NCBI GenBank assembly: GCA_964016885.1
Contig: OZ024761.1
Location: 5,022,001 to 5,086,000, forward strand
DNA length: 64,000 nt
Reading direction: 5' to 3'
Origin: Eledone cirrhosa
Lineage: Eukaryota
Shown: positions 49,783-62,804 of the stretch, piece after piece
How the letters are laid out: the number at the start of each line of letters is the position of its first letter
Position numbering within the stretch: position 1 is the first letter of the stretch
Made by a program: the position numbers and the translations under genes
Notes under the pieces: generated by a model
Database searches by the model: none
The model's input: the letters and a program-made list of their open reading frames with translations, nothing else
Told to the model about the DNA's origin: nothing

Positions 49783-51192
49783 AATTGGCCGCCTGTGTGA
49801 GTGTATATATGGACGGAATATGTGAAATGTCACATTATCTGACGTTTGTAAGTACAACTGACAGACATAGAAAGACAGACAGTTATATATTAAACGAAAA
49901 CATTCGGTTTGGCAGGGGAGGCCGGTGTGGCGATGACACCCAATAACTGCTTTGGAAGCCTTCTTATGGAGGAGGATAATACCCTCCATAGTTTACAGCA
50001 ATTAAAAGTATTATTGACAATAGATTTCTTTTGAAGAAAATGGAAATAACTTGTCTGATTCACCGGATTTATTGCGTATATACAGGTTAGAATTTCGGCT
50101 CCAATGTCGACTCGTGAATGATCAGAGTAGCGTGAAATGAATTCAGTTAATCGGGCGAAATTGCCATTTTCTTCAAAGGAACCATCTATTATCAATGACA
50201 CTAGGACAGTGTTAACCCATAGCCGGCCCCGCTCTGGAGCTTCAGTTTTTCTCTCCATTAGACCAAAAATAAATTGACGAGTCTGATAAATAATTTGGCC
50301 CTGAAGGATATGGTTAAACCTATTATTAGCGGTGTATTTATGTCTAGAAACCCACTTTTCATTCGTTCTTTAATGTCGTGTGATTATTGGTTTGTTTTTC
50401 CTCAATCTGGCTCATCGCTAGAATGTACATTCTAGACTAACTGGTTTGATAGTTTAATGTTGGGAACAAAATGTGGAGAAATAAGGTTATTTATTCAATG
50501 AAAGACTTTAGTGAATATGTAGGAGATGGACAATGTGATAATGAATTAAAATAGAATAGACTATGTAGTCGGTAAACCCTAAAGGAACGCAACACACATC
50601 ACTATAGCGTTTCACCAGCTCCTTCCTCAATCATTACATACATGTATTTACGTGTAGATGTGTGTGTGTGTGTGGGTTTGCACTTCTGTTGTCTGTATCT
50701 GTTAATGTATTTACATGTAGGTGTGTATGTAACTAAAGTGTGACGTACGTTACCAATGGATGACTAAATGATTCTAACTTGTTTTTTAACAATTGATGGT
50801 GGAAAAAATTTCAAATTGTCTCAACTCAGACCGTAAAGGCCGCAACCCATGTTGTCTGATATTCTTACCGGCTACATAGTCTCTTCCAATTAAAATCCCC
50901 GAACAAAATACAGCTTATCGTGAGGAAAGCAAAACAGAATTAGTTGAGCCTTTGTTGGAAATACACATGACAATTAATATCAGATTTCTAATTGAAATAA
51001 AGCAATAAAGAGAAACATGCGATTGATTTGCGTAATTAAACATCACTAATTAGTGAAGTTTTAGTAAAACTCGCATGATAGCTAATGAAGGTTTCAACAC
51101 GATAATTCCAGTAGCTGTGACAATATATACAAGGACAATGTAAAGGTAAGAGAAGAGTGAATTGTAGAATAATGTTTTGTTATTCTTTTTAC

Positions 51193-51310
51193 CTGAGTGA
51201 TCAATTAATTAAAGTTGAAGTAACGGAACAAAAGAATGAAAAGTTACGAGATTGCTGAGTTAAAGTGACACCGGAAGCACGTGTTTGGACCGTCCTGCCG
51301 TCTGCCGCGA
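51193..51310 (-). promoter_or_regulatory. Probable DENR promoter and non-coding first exon
   Basis: CpG-rich patch with E-box CACGTG next to ETS site CTTCCGG (minus), followed by donor CTCAG|GTAAAA at 51193. The DENR ATG exon begins with an acceptor, so it needs an upstream exon. Confidence 0.5.
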
Positions 51311-52234
51311 CGGGAGTGCAATTTAAGGGAGATCACTCTAGTTTTTTTCTATTCCTTCATTTCCCAGTCACCGCAAATATAGAAGAGCAAGTTTCGATAA
51401 TTCAAAACAGAATTGTTGTGATTAATACTAACAGGGTCGTTTGGGGAGGAGTTGTGATGCCATCAAATTATATTAATAAGCAACAATATGGCTCAGGAGA
51501 GAGCTCTCCACACCACAAATATGGTAGCATCTCATAAGTAACATAAGACAGGGCTATTTTTATTTTGAAAATGAAAGGGATTTCACTACGACTACGATGA
51601 AAATAAATGCTCACACACACACGCATACACACATAAAATAAAGGAACATGGGCAATTGCCAGGTGTAAACTTCAGCAAATTAATTTTATTTCTAATTGTA
51701 TAAATTTACAAATATGCTTTAAATATAGACAAAAAAAATAACATTATAAATGCTTAAATAACATCATAAATTGCTCGCAATTCGTTCAGAATAACATTGC
51801 AAATATAATGTCTAAATCGTGTATAAAAATATATAATTGTTTCTTCTTTTGGCACAAGGCCAGCAAATTACCCAGTGCATTACTGGTACTTTATTTTATC
51901 GACCCCATAAAGATGAAAGGCAAAGTTAACCTCGGCGGGATTTGAACTCAGAATGGAAAGGGACGTAACTCTGGGCTGCAAACCATAGCGTCCGACCAAC
52001 AATAATAATTGTTTCTACTTTTGGCACAAGGCCAGCACTTACTCAGTGCATTACTGGTACTTTATTTTATCGACTCCGTAAGGATGAAAGGCAAAGTTAA
52101 CCTTGGCGGGATTTGAACTCAGAATGGAAAGGGCCGTAACTCTTTGCGTCAAAGCATGGCGTCCGACCCTCTACCGATAGTAAAAGGAACGGAATAAAAT
52201 TCAGAAATGCCTGGACTTATCAAATAATTATTTT

Positions 52235-52700
52235 TTCCAGCCTGTGGTGTTCGAGACGTTTGTTGGAGTTGGGCCACTGATAGTTAAGTTCTTGTCATCG
52301 CTGGCGGCTCACCTTACTGAGGCGTCAGGTGATGCCCGTGAGTGTGCCTCGTTATCTCAGCGTCTTAGCCTCGCCATCACCTCACCTTACTGAGGTGTCA
52401 GGTAATGCCTGTAAAAGTGCTTGATTGTTTCAGCGCCTTAGCCTCACCATCACCTCACCTTACTGAGGTGTCAGGTGATGCCCGTGAAGGTGCCTGGTTG
52501 TTTCAGGGCCTTAGCCTCACCATCACCTAACATTGAGATGTCAGGTGGTGCCTGGTTATTTCAGTGCCTTAGCCTTGCCATCACCTCACCTTACTGAGGT
52601 GTCATGTGATGCCTGTGAGGGTGCCTGGCTGTTTCAGCACCTTAGCCTCGCCATCACCCATGGAAATGCTGCGAGCGTATTGGCTTGCCTCAAAGTATGT
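52235..52700 (+). mobile_element. CRE-like LINE 3' fragment with internal ~73-bp tandem duplications
   Basis: FQPVVFETF..VGP...SQRLSLAIT...HGNAASVLAC, homologous in pattern to 4414-4620. Confidence 0.7.
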
Positions 52701-53129
52701 AGTTAACCCCTAAGGTGTGAATGGAGAGGAAATGGGCTCCGCTATGTAATAAAATGCTCTAGAAACGCTGTGTGTCAACACACTGCCCCTACAACTTCCC
52801 CAAACATGCAAATATATATGACAAGGCGAGGGGCATCTGATAATTTAGTCGTTGAATATTTTCAGGAGTTTATTTAACAGAGAAAGAATAATGACCCTTT
52901 CTTCGGTCTGGTTTCCTCCATAAGACATTACTATGACATATATATTGACCCGTAACTCCTTCATGGAGTAGTCCTGACATACAGCGTTTCTTGGAAACTT
53001 TTAAACCTGGTAGAGCCCATCCCCTCCCAAGGTTTATAACATATAAATAATTGTTTCTACTTTTGTGCAGCTGGGTTGGAAGTGATATCATGACTGGCAA
53101 GTGTAAAATCAGCTGGAATTTACAAACAT

Positions 53130-53915
53130 CGTGTTACTTAACTCGATAGAAGATGATCTTCGACTTGCATTTAATAGGTTTGATGCAGAGTGCTGCATGG
53201 CTGGAATGAAAATCAGTGTTGTGAAAACTGAGATACTCGTCCTCTGCACAGTACACTCTACATGTGAATGGAGTTCCACTGAAGCAGGTGGAGAAGGTCA
53301 AGTATCTCAGGGCGTGTTCATGAGTAATGGAAGGCAGGAGGCTTATTTAAGTACAGGAATTGCAGGAGCTGGTACAGTAATGTGCTAGCTTCAGCATTCA
53401 GTAATCAGAAGAAGGGAGGTAGGTGTAAAAGCCAAACTTGCTATCTTCAATTTGGTATTCGTGTCAACCCTTACCTATGGTCATGAATCTTGAGTAATGA
53501 CCGAAAGGATACAATCGCGAATACAAGCAGCTGAAATTGGGTTCCTTTGAAGGGTCTTTGGAGTAACTTTAATTGATAGTGTGCATAGCTTGGAGATCAG
53601 AGAATCACTCCAGGTAGAGCCGCTACTTCTCTGAATAGAGAGAACACAGCTCCCATACTATGGGCATGAGGCTAGATTGTCTCAGGTAAGAATCACTGGA
53701 CAGATTTTACGGACAAAACCATCTGGCATGAGAACCAGGGGTAGACCCTGAGTAAGATGGTTGGATAACATCCATGAGATTGGCTGGTCACGCTTGGGGA
53801 TCCAGCCAGATCAACTGGAGACGGTTGCTTCTGACAGGACCTGCTGGAAGGGGTGTTTGAGGACACTTCCCCCACAACCCTCTCAGGAATATGTGAGCAA
53901 AGAAGATGAAGAATT
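53130..53915 (+). mobile_element. Degraded RTE-type LINE 3' part (third family)
   Basis: AGMKISVVKTE, TLTYGHES*VMTERIQSRIQAAE; related tails at 27290-27570, 44735-44960 and 58060-58315. Confidence 0.75.
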
Positions 53916-53968
53916 TGAATCCTGGCTATTTCCAATATTCAAATTGTAAACAGTTGGAGAACCTCTGA

Positions 53969-54977
53969 CACAGGTGATAAGACCCAGGTATTGTGGAAAC
54001 CACGGTGGTTTGGTAATATAGAGGTGATAAGACATACCTAGGTATTGTGGAAACCACGGTGGTTTGGTAATATAGAGGTGATAAGACAGGTATTGTGGAA
54101 ACCACGATGGTTTGGTAATATAGAGGTGATAAGACATAGGTATTGTGGAAACCACGGTGGTTTGGTAATATACAGGTGATAAGACAGGTATTGTGGAAAC
54201 CACGGTGGTTTGGTAATATACAGGTGATAAGACAGGTATTGTGGAAACCAAGGTGATTTGGTAATATAGAGGTGATAAGACATACCTAGGTATTGTGGAA
54301 ACCAAGGTGATTTGGTAATATAGAGGTGATAAGACAGGTATTGTGGAAACCAAGGTGATTTGGTAATATAGAGGTGATAAGACCTAGGTATTGTGGAAAC
54401 CAAGGTGGTTTGGTAATATAGACAGGTGATAAGACCTAGGTATTGTGGAAACCAAAGTGGTTTGGTAATATAGACAGGTGATAAGACATAGGTATTGTAG
54501 AAACCACGGTGGTTTGGTAATATAGACAGGTGATAAGACCTAGGTATTGTGGAAACCAAAGTGGTTTGGTAATATAGAGGTGATAAGACATAGGTATTGT
54601 GGAAACCACGGTGGTTTGGTAATATGCAGGTGATAAGACAGGTATTGTGGAAACCAAGGTGATTTGGTAATATAGAGGTGATAAGACATACCTAGGTATT
54701 GTGGAAACCAAGGTGATTTGGTAATATAGAGGTGATAAGACCTAGGTATTGTGGAAACCACGGTGGTTTGGTAATATAGACAGGTGATAAGACCTAGGTA
54801 TTGTGGAAACCAAAGTGGTTTGGTAATATAAACAGGTGATAAGACATAGGTATTGTAGAAACCACGGTGGTTTGGTAATATAGACAGGTGATAAGACCTA
54901 GGTATTGTGGAAACCAAAGTGGTTTGGTAATATAGACAGGTGATAAGACATAGGTATTGTAGAAACCACGGTGGTTT
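53969..54977. repeat. ~48-57-bp minisatellite just downstream of the TATDN3 stop
   Basis: AGGTGATAAGAC..AGGTATTGTGGAAACCACGGTGGTTTGGTAATATAG units. Confidence 0.92.
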
Positions 54978-55052
54978 GTGGTTTGCTATCAAAACAGTTA
55001 AATCAAACAAAATCAGAAATTAGTTTCGGTGATTCATAATTCTTTTTAATAT

Positions 55053-55199
55053 TTATAATTTTTTAAGAAAATTTTTTAGTTTTGGAAATAATTTCAAGGC
55101 ATTTTGTGTAGTTTTATCACAGACATGACTAACATCAGTTCCTTTAATTCTAGCAATATATTCAGCAGATATTTGGATATTCTGAGGTTCATTTCTCAC
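55053..55199 (-). CDS. TATDN3: TATDN3 last coding exon (VRNEPQNIQISAEYIARIKG...TTQNALKLFPKL...*)
   Basis: RNEP and TTxNALKLF TatD motifs; strong acceptor tttttcag|GTG, 147 nt. Confidence 0.95.
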   Translation of the reverse strand: MRNEPQNIQISAEYIARIKGTDVSHVCDKTTQNALKLFPKLKNFLKKL

Positions 55200-55362
55200 C
55201 TGAAAAAAAAAGAAGAAAATACAGGTATCATTAATGTATGATATAGACTGGAAAAATTTCAGAGAACTACCTCTTTTGACAACAGGTATCTCTCTTCAGA
55301 AGAAAGGCTGGTTGTATGTATATATATGTATGTATACATATTCATACACACACACACACATA

Positions 55363-55842
55363 TCTAAACTATAATAAAGTAAGGAGTGCAGGACTGTACG
55401 GTTTATAATTTTTGATCCCATTAGTAAAATAAGTTGGATTACTTTGAATAAATAATGAATGAATATTACATAATTTATCTACTAAATTTCGTAGCTGTTG
55501 ATTTAATATATTTTATTGTTTATTTAAAGATTCACTTCTTTAAAATTTTCAAATGTCAACACTTCCGGTTAACAATCGCTTAAATAAACATTCATATATT
55601 TCCGTCACTAATTTTCTCCTAATGCAGTTTATATATAATATCGTCTTTATTTAATGTATCATGGATTACGTCACTGATTATATAAGACAATGTAACGCAG
55701 TCTTCGTTCAATTTCTGTGTATATTGTCAATTACGATATATTTGATATATCATATCTACATGCATATATACTTGCGTATAATATCAATATGCACACTACA
55801 CATGCTAGCAGAAAACCACCCGAAGGGTGGTTTTTCTGCTAG
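55363..55842 (+). mobile_element. Non-autonomous Helitron, 480 bp
   Basis: A|TCTAAACTATAATAAA 5' end; 3' hairpin CCACCC-GAA-GGGTGG then CTAG|T; inserted between A and T without TSD. Confidence 0.75.
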
Positions 55843-56784
55843 TATACATAACAATGAAAGTGAATAAAATCAAAGTTGCAGCATTGGCTAGCATCTCTCG
55901 AAAGAACAATCCTCGGAAGCTTTGCATGAAGCACTCAATAAGAAGATATCGATAAATCGATAAGTTAAATCTCAGAGTAATAAACATACGTTAAAGGTGT
56001 GACAAATTGAAAACTGTGATTAAAGGGAGAAAGCCACAGAAGCCACTAGAACAGCAAAAATACAAGCAGGTTAAATACAAACCTAGACCTTATTGAAAGA
56101 TATTATAGAATATCTTCGATTGGTTTCTGTGAACCCTAAATCAACAATCCATTGTGCAATATGCAAGTCTATATGAAGATCGAATGCGGATTCACTTTAT
56201 CAACAGGTATTTTGTTCTTTGTGCCGGTAACTCGATGTGTAGGCACCGTCATGAATGACTGTAGTATCAGCCATATATATACACATACATACATATATTT
56301 ATATATATGTGTATGTGCGTGTATAATTATAAGGGCATCCAGCTGTAGAAACTGAGCCAAAATCAGTCCTGTATGAGCAAGACATGGTCACCTGACCTGG
56401 CATTGCCCACAACAGGACAACTTGTCTAACCATACTAACGTGGAAACATTGATGTAAAATGATAATGATGATGTCACAATAAAATGTAGTTTTGGTTGCA
56501 ACTCATATAAAAGAGTCATAAAATTTCAGTATAAAATCTATGACATTTCCTGATTTATGCAATTGGAAGTTATAAGGAAAACATTTCTGAGTTTAGTCTT
56601 AAACACAAATAGAAATATTAAAAGAAAATTAAATAAATATTTTTTGGGGTATTTTTTTTGAGTTGATACTTGTAATCTGTATAGTGGCTGGTGATATGAA
56701 GGGCATCTAGCTATAGAAACCTTACCAAACTCTTCAGATATGCTGGTGCCATGATAAAATGTACATAGTCTGTGACATGTTTAA

Positions 56785-57715
56785 CCCTTTAGCATTTACA
56801 TTACTCTATATACACTATTGTATTTTCACGGTAAAGGCTTTATCTCACATATCTCACATAACATTTACATTACTCTATATATACTATTATATTTTCACAG
56901 TAAAGGATTTACCTCACATAACATTTACATTACTCTATATATACTATTATATTTTCACAGTAAAAGATTTACCTCACATTACATTTACATTACTCTATAT
57001 ATACTATTGTATTTTCATGGTAAAGGCTTTACCTCACATAATATCTCACATAACATTTACATTACTCTATATATATTATTGTATTTCACAGTAAAGGCTT
57101 TACCTCACATAATATCTCACATAACATTTACATTACTCTATATATACTATTGTATTTTCACAATAAAGACTTTACCTCACATAATATCTCACATAACATT
57201 TACATTACTCTATATATATTATTGTATTTCACAGTAAAGGCTTTACCTCACATAATATCTCACATAACATTTACATTACTCTATATATACTATTGTATTT
57301 CACAGTAAAGGCTTTACCTCACATAATATTTCACATAACATTTACATTACTCTATATATACTATTGTATTTCACAGTAAAGGCTTTACCTCACATAATAT
57401 TTCACATAACATTTACATTACTCTATATATACTATTGTATTTTCACAGTAAAGGCTTTACCTCACATAATATCTCACATAACATTTACATTACTCTATAT
57501 ATACTATTGTATTTTCACAGTAAAGGCTTTACCTCACATAATATCTCTCATAACATTTACATTACTCTATATTTACTATTATATTTTTGCAGTAAGGTAT
57601 TATTTATTCTGAGAACAATACCTTAACACTGGTATGAGGGGCTGGTTGGGGCCAGTTTGAACAGAATGAGGTGAGAGAATTCTGGCCAGATATGGCAGGT
57701 TTAAATGCTAAAGGG
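56785..57715. mobile_element. piggyBac-type MITE with internal tandem array
   Basis: TTAA-CCCTTTAGCATTTA ... TAAATGCTAAAGGG-TTAA enclosing about 12 array units. Confidence 0.85.
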
Positions 57716-57888
57716 TTAACCCTTGTTGGCAGGGGAAAATGGACATTAAATGATGATGAGGCATCATGGAAAATGTAACTATAAAATTTCATGGAAAAAA
57801 TAAAAAATTACATTATTAAGAAAGTTATGCTGGAAAAGAGGGAACATTAAACTGTAGTTCTGAGAAAATTCTCTCAGCATCAACTTAC

Positions 57889-57969
57889 CTGTTTTTGAGG
57901 GCCAAGGGCTGGTGAATCAGACTCCAGAATCAAACAGTCCAAAGGTAATTGTTTCACTAATTTTTCCTT
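57889..57969 (-). CDS. TATDN3: TATDN3 exon (KEKLVKQLPLDCLILESDSPALGPQKQ)
   Basis: LE(S/T)DSP catalytic motif; ctcaag|AAG...CAG|gtaagt, 81 nt. Confidence 0.95.
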
Positions 57970-58354
57970 CTTGAGTGAAATGAGAGAAAATGGTAAATAA
58001 GTATTGATCATGTTAATTTATTGATGTCAATATTTTAAAAATTGAGAGATCACAGCTCTGATACTATGGGTATATGGTGAGAATGTCTCAGGTAAGAATC
58101 ACTGGACAGATTTTACAGGCAAAACCAATAGGTAGAAGACCTAGGGGTAGACCCCGAGCTAGATAGTTGGATAACATCCATGAGCTTGGCTGGTCACACT
58201 TGAGGATCCAGCCAGATCATTTGGAGATGGTTACTTCTGACAGGACCTGCTGGAAGGAGTGTTTGAGGACTCTGGCCCCACAACCCTCTCAGGAATAAGT
58301 GGGAGAAGAGGAAGAATATTTAAATAATTGGTCATAACAATTCACAGCCAATCG

Positions 58355-61300
58355 TTCCGTTCAGGTAGCTACCCCTTTCTGTCAACTAGTCATTCCATTG
58401 AGGGAGCTACCCCTTTCTGTCAATCTTCTACCCCCATTCTTGTTTAAGGAGCTACACCTTTCTGTCAACTACTGTCATTCTGTTCAGGTAGCTACCCCTT
58501 TCTGTCAATCTCCTACCGTCATTCCATTCAGGGAGCTACCCCTTTCTGTCAATCCCCTACCCTCATTCCATTCAGGTAGCTACCCCTTTCTGTCAATCTC
58601 CTACCGTCATTCCATTCAGGGAGCTACCCCTTTCTGTCAATCCCCTACCCTCATTCCATTCAGGTAGCTACCCCTTTCTGTCAATCCCCTACCCTCATTC
58701 CATTCAGGTAGCTACCCCTTTCTGTCAATCTCCTACCGTCATTCCATTCAGGGAGCTACCCCTTTCTGTCAATCCCCTACCCTCATTCCATTCAGGTAGC
58801 TACCCCTTTCTGTCAATCCCCTACCCTCATTCCATTCAGGTAGCTACCCCTTTCTGTCAATCTCCTACCGTCATTCCATTCAGGGAGCTACCCCTTTCTG
58901 TCAATCCCCTACCCTCATTCCATTCAGGTAGCTACCCCTTTCTGTCAATCCCCTACCCTCATTCCATTCAGGTAGCTACCCCTTTCTGTCAATCAACTAC
59001 CGTCATTCCATTCAGGGAGCTACCCCTTTCTGTCAATCCCCTACCCTCATTCCATTCAGGTAGCTACCCCTTTCTGTCAATCAACTACCGTCATTCCATT
59101 CAGGGAGCTACCCCTTTCTGTCAATCCCCTACCCTCATTCCATTCAGGTAGCTACCCCTTTCTGTCAATCTCCTACCCTCATTCCATTCAGGGAGCTACC
59201 CCTTTCTGTCAATCTCCTACCGTCATTCCATTCAGGGAGCTACCCCTTTCTGTCAATCCCCTACCCTCATTCCATTCAGGTAGCTACCCCTTTCTGTCAA
59301 TCTCCTACCCTCATTCCATTCAGGGAGCTACCCCTTTCTGTCAATCCTCTACCCTCATTCCATTCAGGTAGCTACCCCTTTCTGTCAATCTCCTACCGTC
59401 ATTCCATTCAGGGAGCTACCCCTTTCTGTCAATCCCCTACCCTCATTCCATTCAGGTAGCTACCCCTTTCTGTCAATCAACTACCGTCATTCCATTCAGG
59501 GAGCTACCCCTTTCTGTCAATCCCCTACCCTCATTCCATTCAGGTAGCTACCCCTTTCTGTCAATCAACTACCGTCATTCCATTCAGGGAGCTACCCCTT
59601 TCTGTCAATCCCCTACCCTCATTCCATTCAGGTAGCTACCCCTTTCTGTCAATCTCCTACCCTCATTCCATTCAGGGAGCTACCCCTTTCTGTCAATCTC
59701 CTACCGTCATTCCATTCAGGGAGCTACCCCTTTCTGTCAATCCCCTACCCTCATTCCATTCAGGTAGCTACCCCTTTCTGTCAATCTCCTACCCTCATTC
59801 CATTCAGGGAGCTACCCCTTTCTGTCAATCCTCTACCCTCATTCCATTCAGGTAGCTACCCCTTTCTGTCAATCTCCTACCGTCATTCCATTCAGGGAGC
59901 TACCCCTTTCTGTCAATCCTCTACCCTCATTCCATTCAGGTAGCTACCCCTTTCTGTCAATCTCCTACCGTCATTCCATTCAGGGAGCTACCCCTTTCTG
60001 TCAATCCCCTACCTTCATTCCATTCAGGTAGCTACCCCTTTCTGTCAATCTCCTACCCTCATTCCATTCAGGGAGCTACCCCTTTCTGTCAATCTCCTAC
60101 CGTCATTCCATTCAGGGAGCTACCCCTTTCTGTCAATCCCCTACCCTCATTCCATTCAGGTAGCTACCCCTTTCTGTCAATCTCCTACCCTCATTCCATT
60201 CAGGGAGCTACCCCTTTCTGTCAATCCTCTACCCTCATTCCATTCAGGTAGCTACCCCTTTCTGTCAATCTCCTACCGTCATTCCATTCAGGGAGCTACC
60301 CCTTTCTGTCAATCCCCTACCCTCATTCCATTCAGGTAGCTACCCCTTTCTGTCAATCTCCTACCCTCATTCCATTCAGGGAGCTACCCCTTTCTGTCAA
60401 TCCCCTACCCTCATTCCATTCAGGTAGCTACCCCTTTCTGTCAATCCCCTACCCTCATTCCATTCAGGTAGCTACCCCTTTCTGTCAATCCCCTACCCTC
60501 ATTCCATTCAGGGAGCTACCCCTTTCTGTCAATCCTCTACCCTCATTCCATTCAGGGAGCTACCCCATTCTGTCAATCCCCTACCCTCATTCCATTCAGG
60601 TAGCTACCCCTTTCTGTCAATCAACTACCGTCATTCCATTCAGGGAGCTACCCCTTTCTGTCAATCCCCTACCCTCATTCCATTCAGGTAGCTACCCCTT
60701 TCTGTCAATCCCCTACCCTCATTCCATTCAGGTAGCTACCCCTTTCTGTCAATCAACTACCCTCATTCCATTCAGGGAGCTACCCCTTTCTGTCAATCCC
60801 CTACCCTCATTCCATTCAGGGAGCTACCCCTTTCTGTCAATCCCCTACCCTCATTCCATTCAGGTAGCTACCCCTTTCTGTCAATCCCCTACCCTCATTC
60901 CATTCAGGGAGCTACCCCTTTCTGTCAATCCCCTACCCTCATTCCATTCAGGTAGCTACCCCTTTCTGTCAATCCCCTACCCTCATTCCATTCAGGTAGC
61001 TACCCCTTTCTGTCAATCCCCTACCCTCATTCCATTCAGGGAGCTACCCCTTTCTGTCAATCCCCTACCCTCATTCCATTCAGGTAGCTACCCCTTTCTG
61101 TCAATCCCCTACCCTCATTCCATTCAGGGAGCTACCCCTTTCTGTCAATCCCCTACCCTCATTCCATTCAGGGAGCTACCCCTTTCTGTCAATCCCCTAC
61201 CCTCATTCCATTCAGGGAGCTACCCCTTTCTGTCAATCCCCTACCCTCATTCCATTCAGGTAGCTACCCCTTTCTGTCAATCCCCTACCCTCATTCCATT

Positions 61301-61362
61301 CAGGGAGCTACCCCTTTCTGTCAATCCCCTACCCTCATTCCATTCAGGGAGCTACCTCTTTC
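58355..61362. repeat. 44-bp minisatellite, ~3 kb
   Basis: CATTCCATTCAGG(G/T)AGCTACCCCTTTCTGTCAATCCCCTACCCT. Confidence 0.97.
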
Positions 61363-61794
61363 ACCCTCATTTATATTCAAATAATTGTTTCTATTTTTGG
61401 CACAAGGCCAGCAATTATCCCAGTGTATTACTGGTACTTTATTTTATCCACCCCGTAAGGAAGAAAGGCAAAGTTAACCTTGGCGGGATTTGAACTCAGA
61501 CCATAAAGGGCCGTAACTCTTTGCTACAAAGCATGGCGTCCAACTCTCTACCAATACCGCCATCCACCGCCTATTTATATTCAAATAATGAAGTAATTTA
61601 AGTTGACCAATTTGAAATATATGAAATGGTTACATAGCAGGAAACCTTTATGTGGTCATTTGACCTGCTAGAAACATTAGTCAAATCACCCTCAATCCAT
61701 ACTCTATTCATACTGAAGTGAAATTTGGTGAGAATCTAAAGTAGATAAAAATTGGAGGTCTCTGGTTACATTTCAGACAAATTGAAAACATATA

Positions 61795-62114
61795 CAGTTG
61801 TCCCCCAGGGGCTTATGTTCTTAGAGCACCCATGGAAAGTGAAAAACCACAAATATTGGACATGGTCCATAAAAATGCCTATAGACATCAAAACATAACG
61901 TAAAATATAGACCGTCAAATATGGTTTATTGTTATTAATAATTTTTCGTTAAAGACGTGAAAAAATATATATTTCCACGAAAAAGGCCATAAAAACAATC
62001 GCGGAAGATATTTACGATTGTGCAAATATGGGGTGGTTTCCATGAACAATGATTAGTTAGGTTCTAAGGAAAATTCTGTGAATAACTGAGACCGCGACTG
62101 TTGGGGGTACACTG
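61795..62114. mobile_element. Possible Tigger-like MITE
   Basis: TA-CAGTTGTCCCCCA ... TGGGGGTACACTG-TA imperfect TIRs. Confidence 0.45.
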
Positions 62115-62231
62115 TAAACTTTTCAATAATTAATATTTTTTTTTTTTTGTTAAAGCCTTAAATGCTTAAATCCAGCACTACACTCTACTACCTTAATAAT
62201 GTAGTCCTAGAAATTCATGTTTTCACATTAC

Positions 62232-62344
62232 CTGTTCACTTCTCACAATAGATGGTGGGATTGAGAAATAAAACCCAGCTTTCACCCCTTCAATAGCAAC
62301 AGAGGGCCGACCATCAAATGCATGGAGAAGTACATTTTCAGCTC
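62232..62344 (-). CDS. TATDN3: TATDN3 exon ([38 protein letters not shown]); upstream exons not located in the window
   Basis: [24 protein letters not shown] matches recalled TATDN3; tttcag|GA...CAG|gtaatg, 113 nt. Confidence 0.95.
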
Positions 62345-62390
62345 CTGAAATTAATCAAAGACAGAATACTTTCTATAATATATATATATA

Positions 62391-62724
62391 TCATCATTTC
62401 ATTTTACGTCCACTTTTCCCTGCTTGCAAGGGTGGGACGGGAACTGATTCTGGCTTGATTTCTACAGCTGGATGCCCTTCCTAACACCAACCTCATTTAC
62501 AGTGAGTGCTGGGTGCTTTTTTGCCGTGGCACCTCCACGACCACTTTGCAGTGGAATGATATGGACCCCAGTCCCTATCATCTCATTTCTACAGCTGCGT
62601 AAACTGGAGCAATGTGAAATAAAGTGTCTTGCTCAAGGAAACAACACATCACCCGGTCTGAGAATTGAACTCACAACCTTTCGATTGCAAGGCCAATGCT
62701 CTAACCACTAAACCATGTGCCTCC
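62391..62724 (-). mobile_element. tRNA-derived SINE (same family as 12775)
   Basis: Reverse complement of 12775-13112 with few differences. Confidence 0.88.
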
Positions 62725-62804
62725 ATATATGAATCAAAATGGCGAGCTGTGTTGTTGCAATTAAGTATAATGAAAAATTAGAAATTAGAAGTTAGGATTA
62801 TCCA

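Noticed and set aside
55803-55843. Hairpin plus T-run resembling a bacterial intrinsic terminator
   Set aside because: Better explained as a Helitron 3' hairpin plus CTAG, with a matching TC 5' end at 55363.
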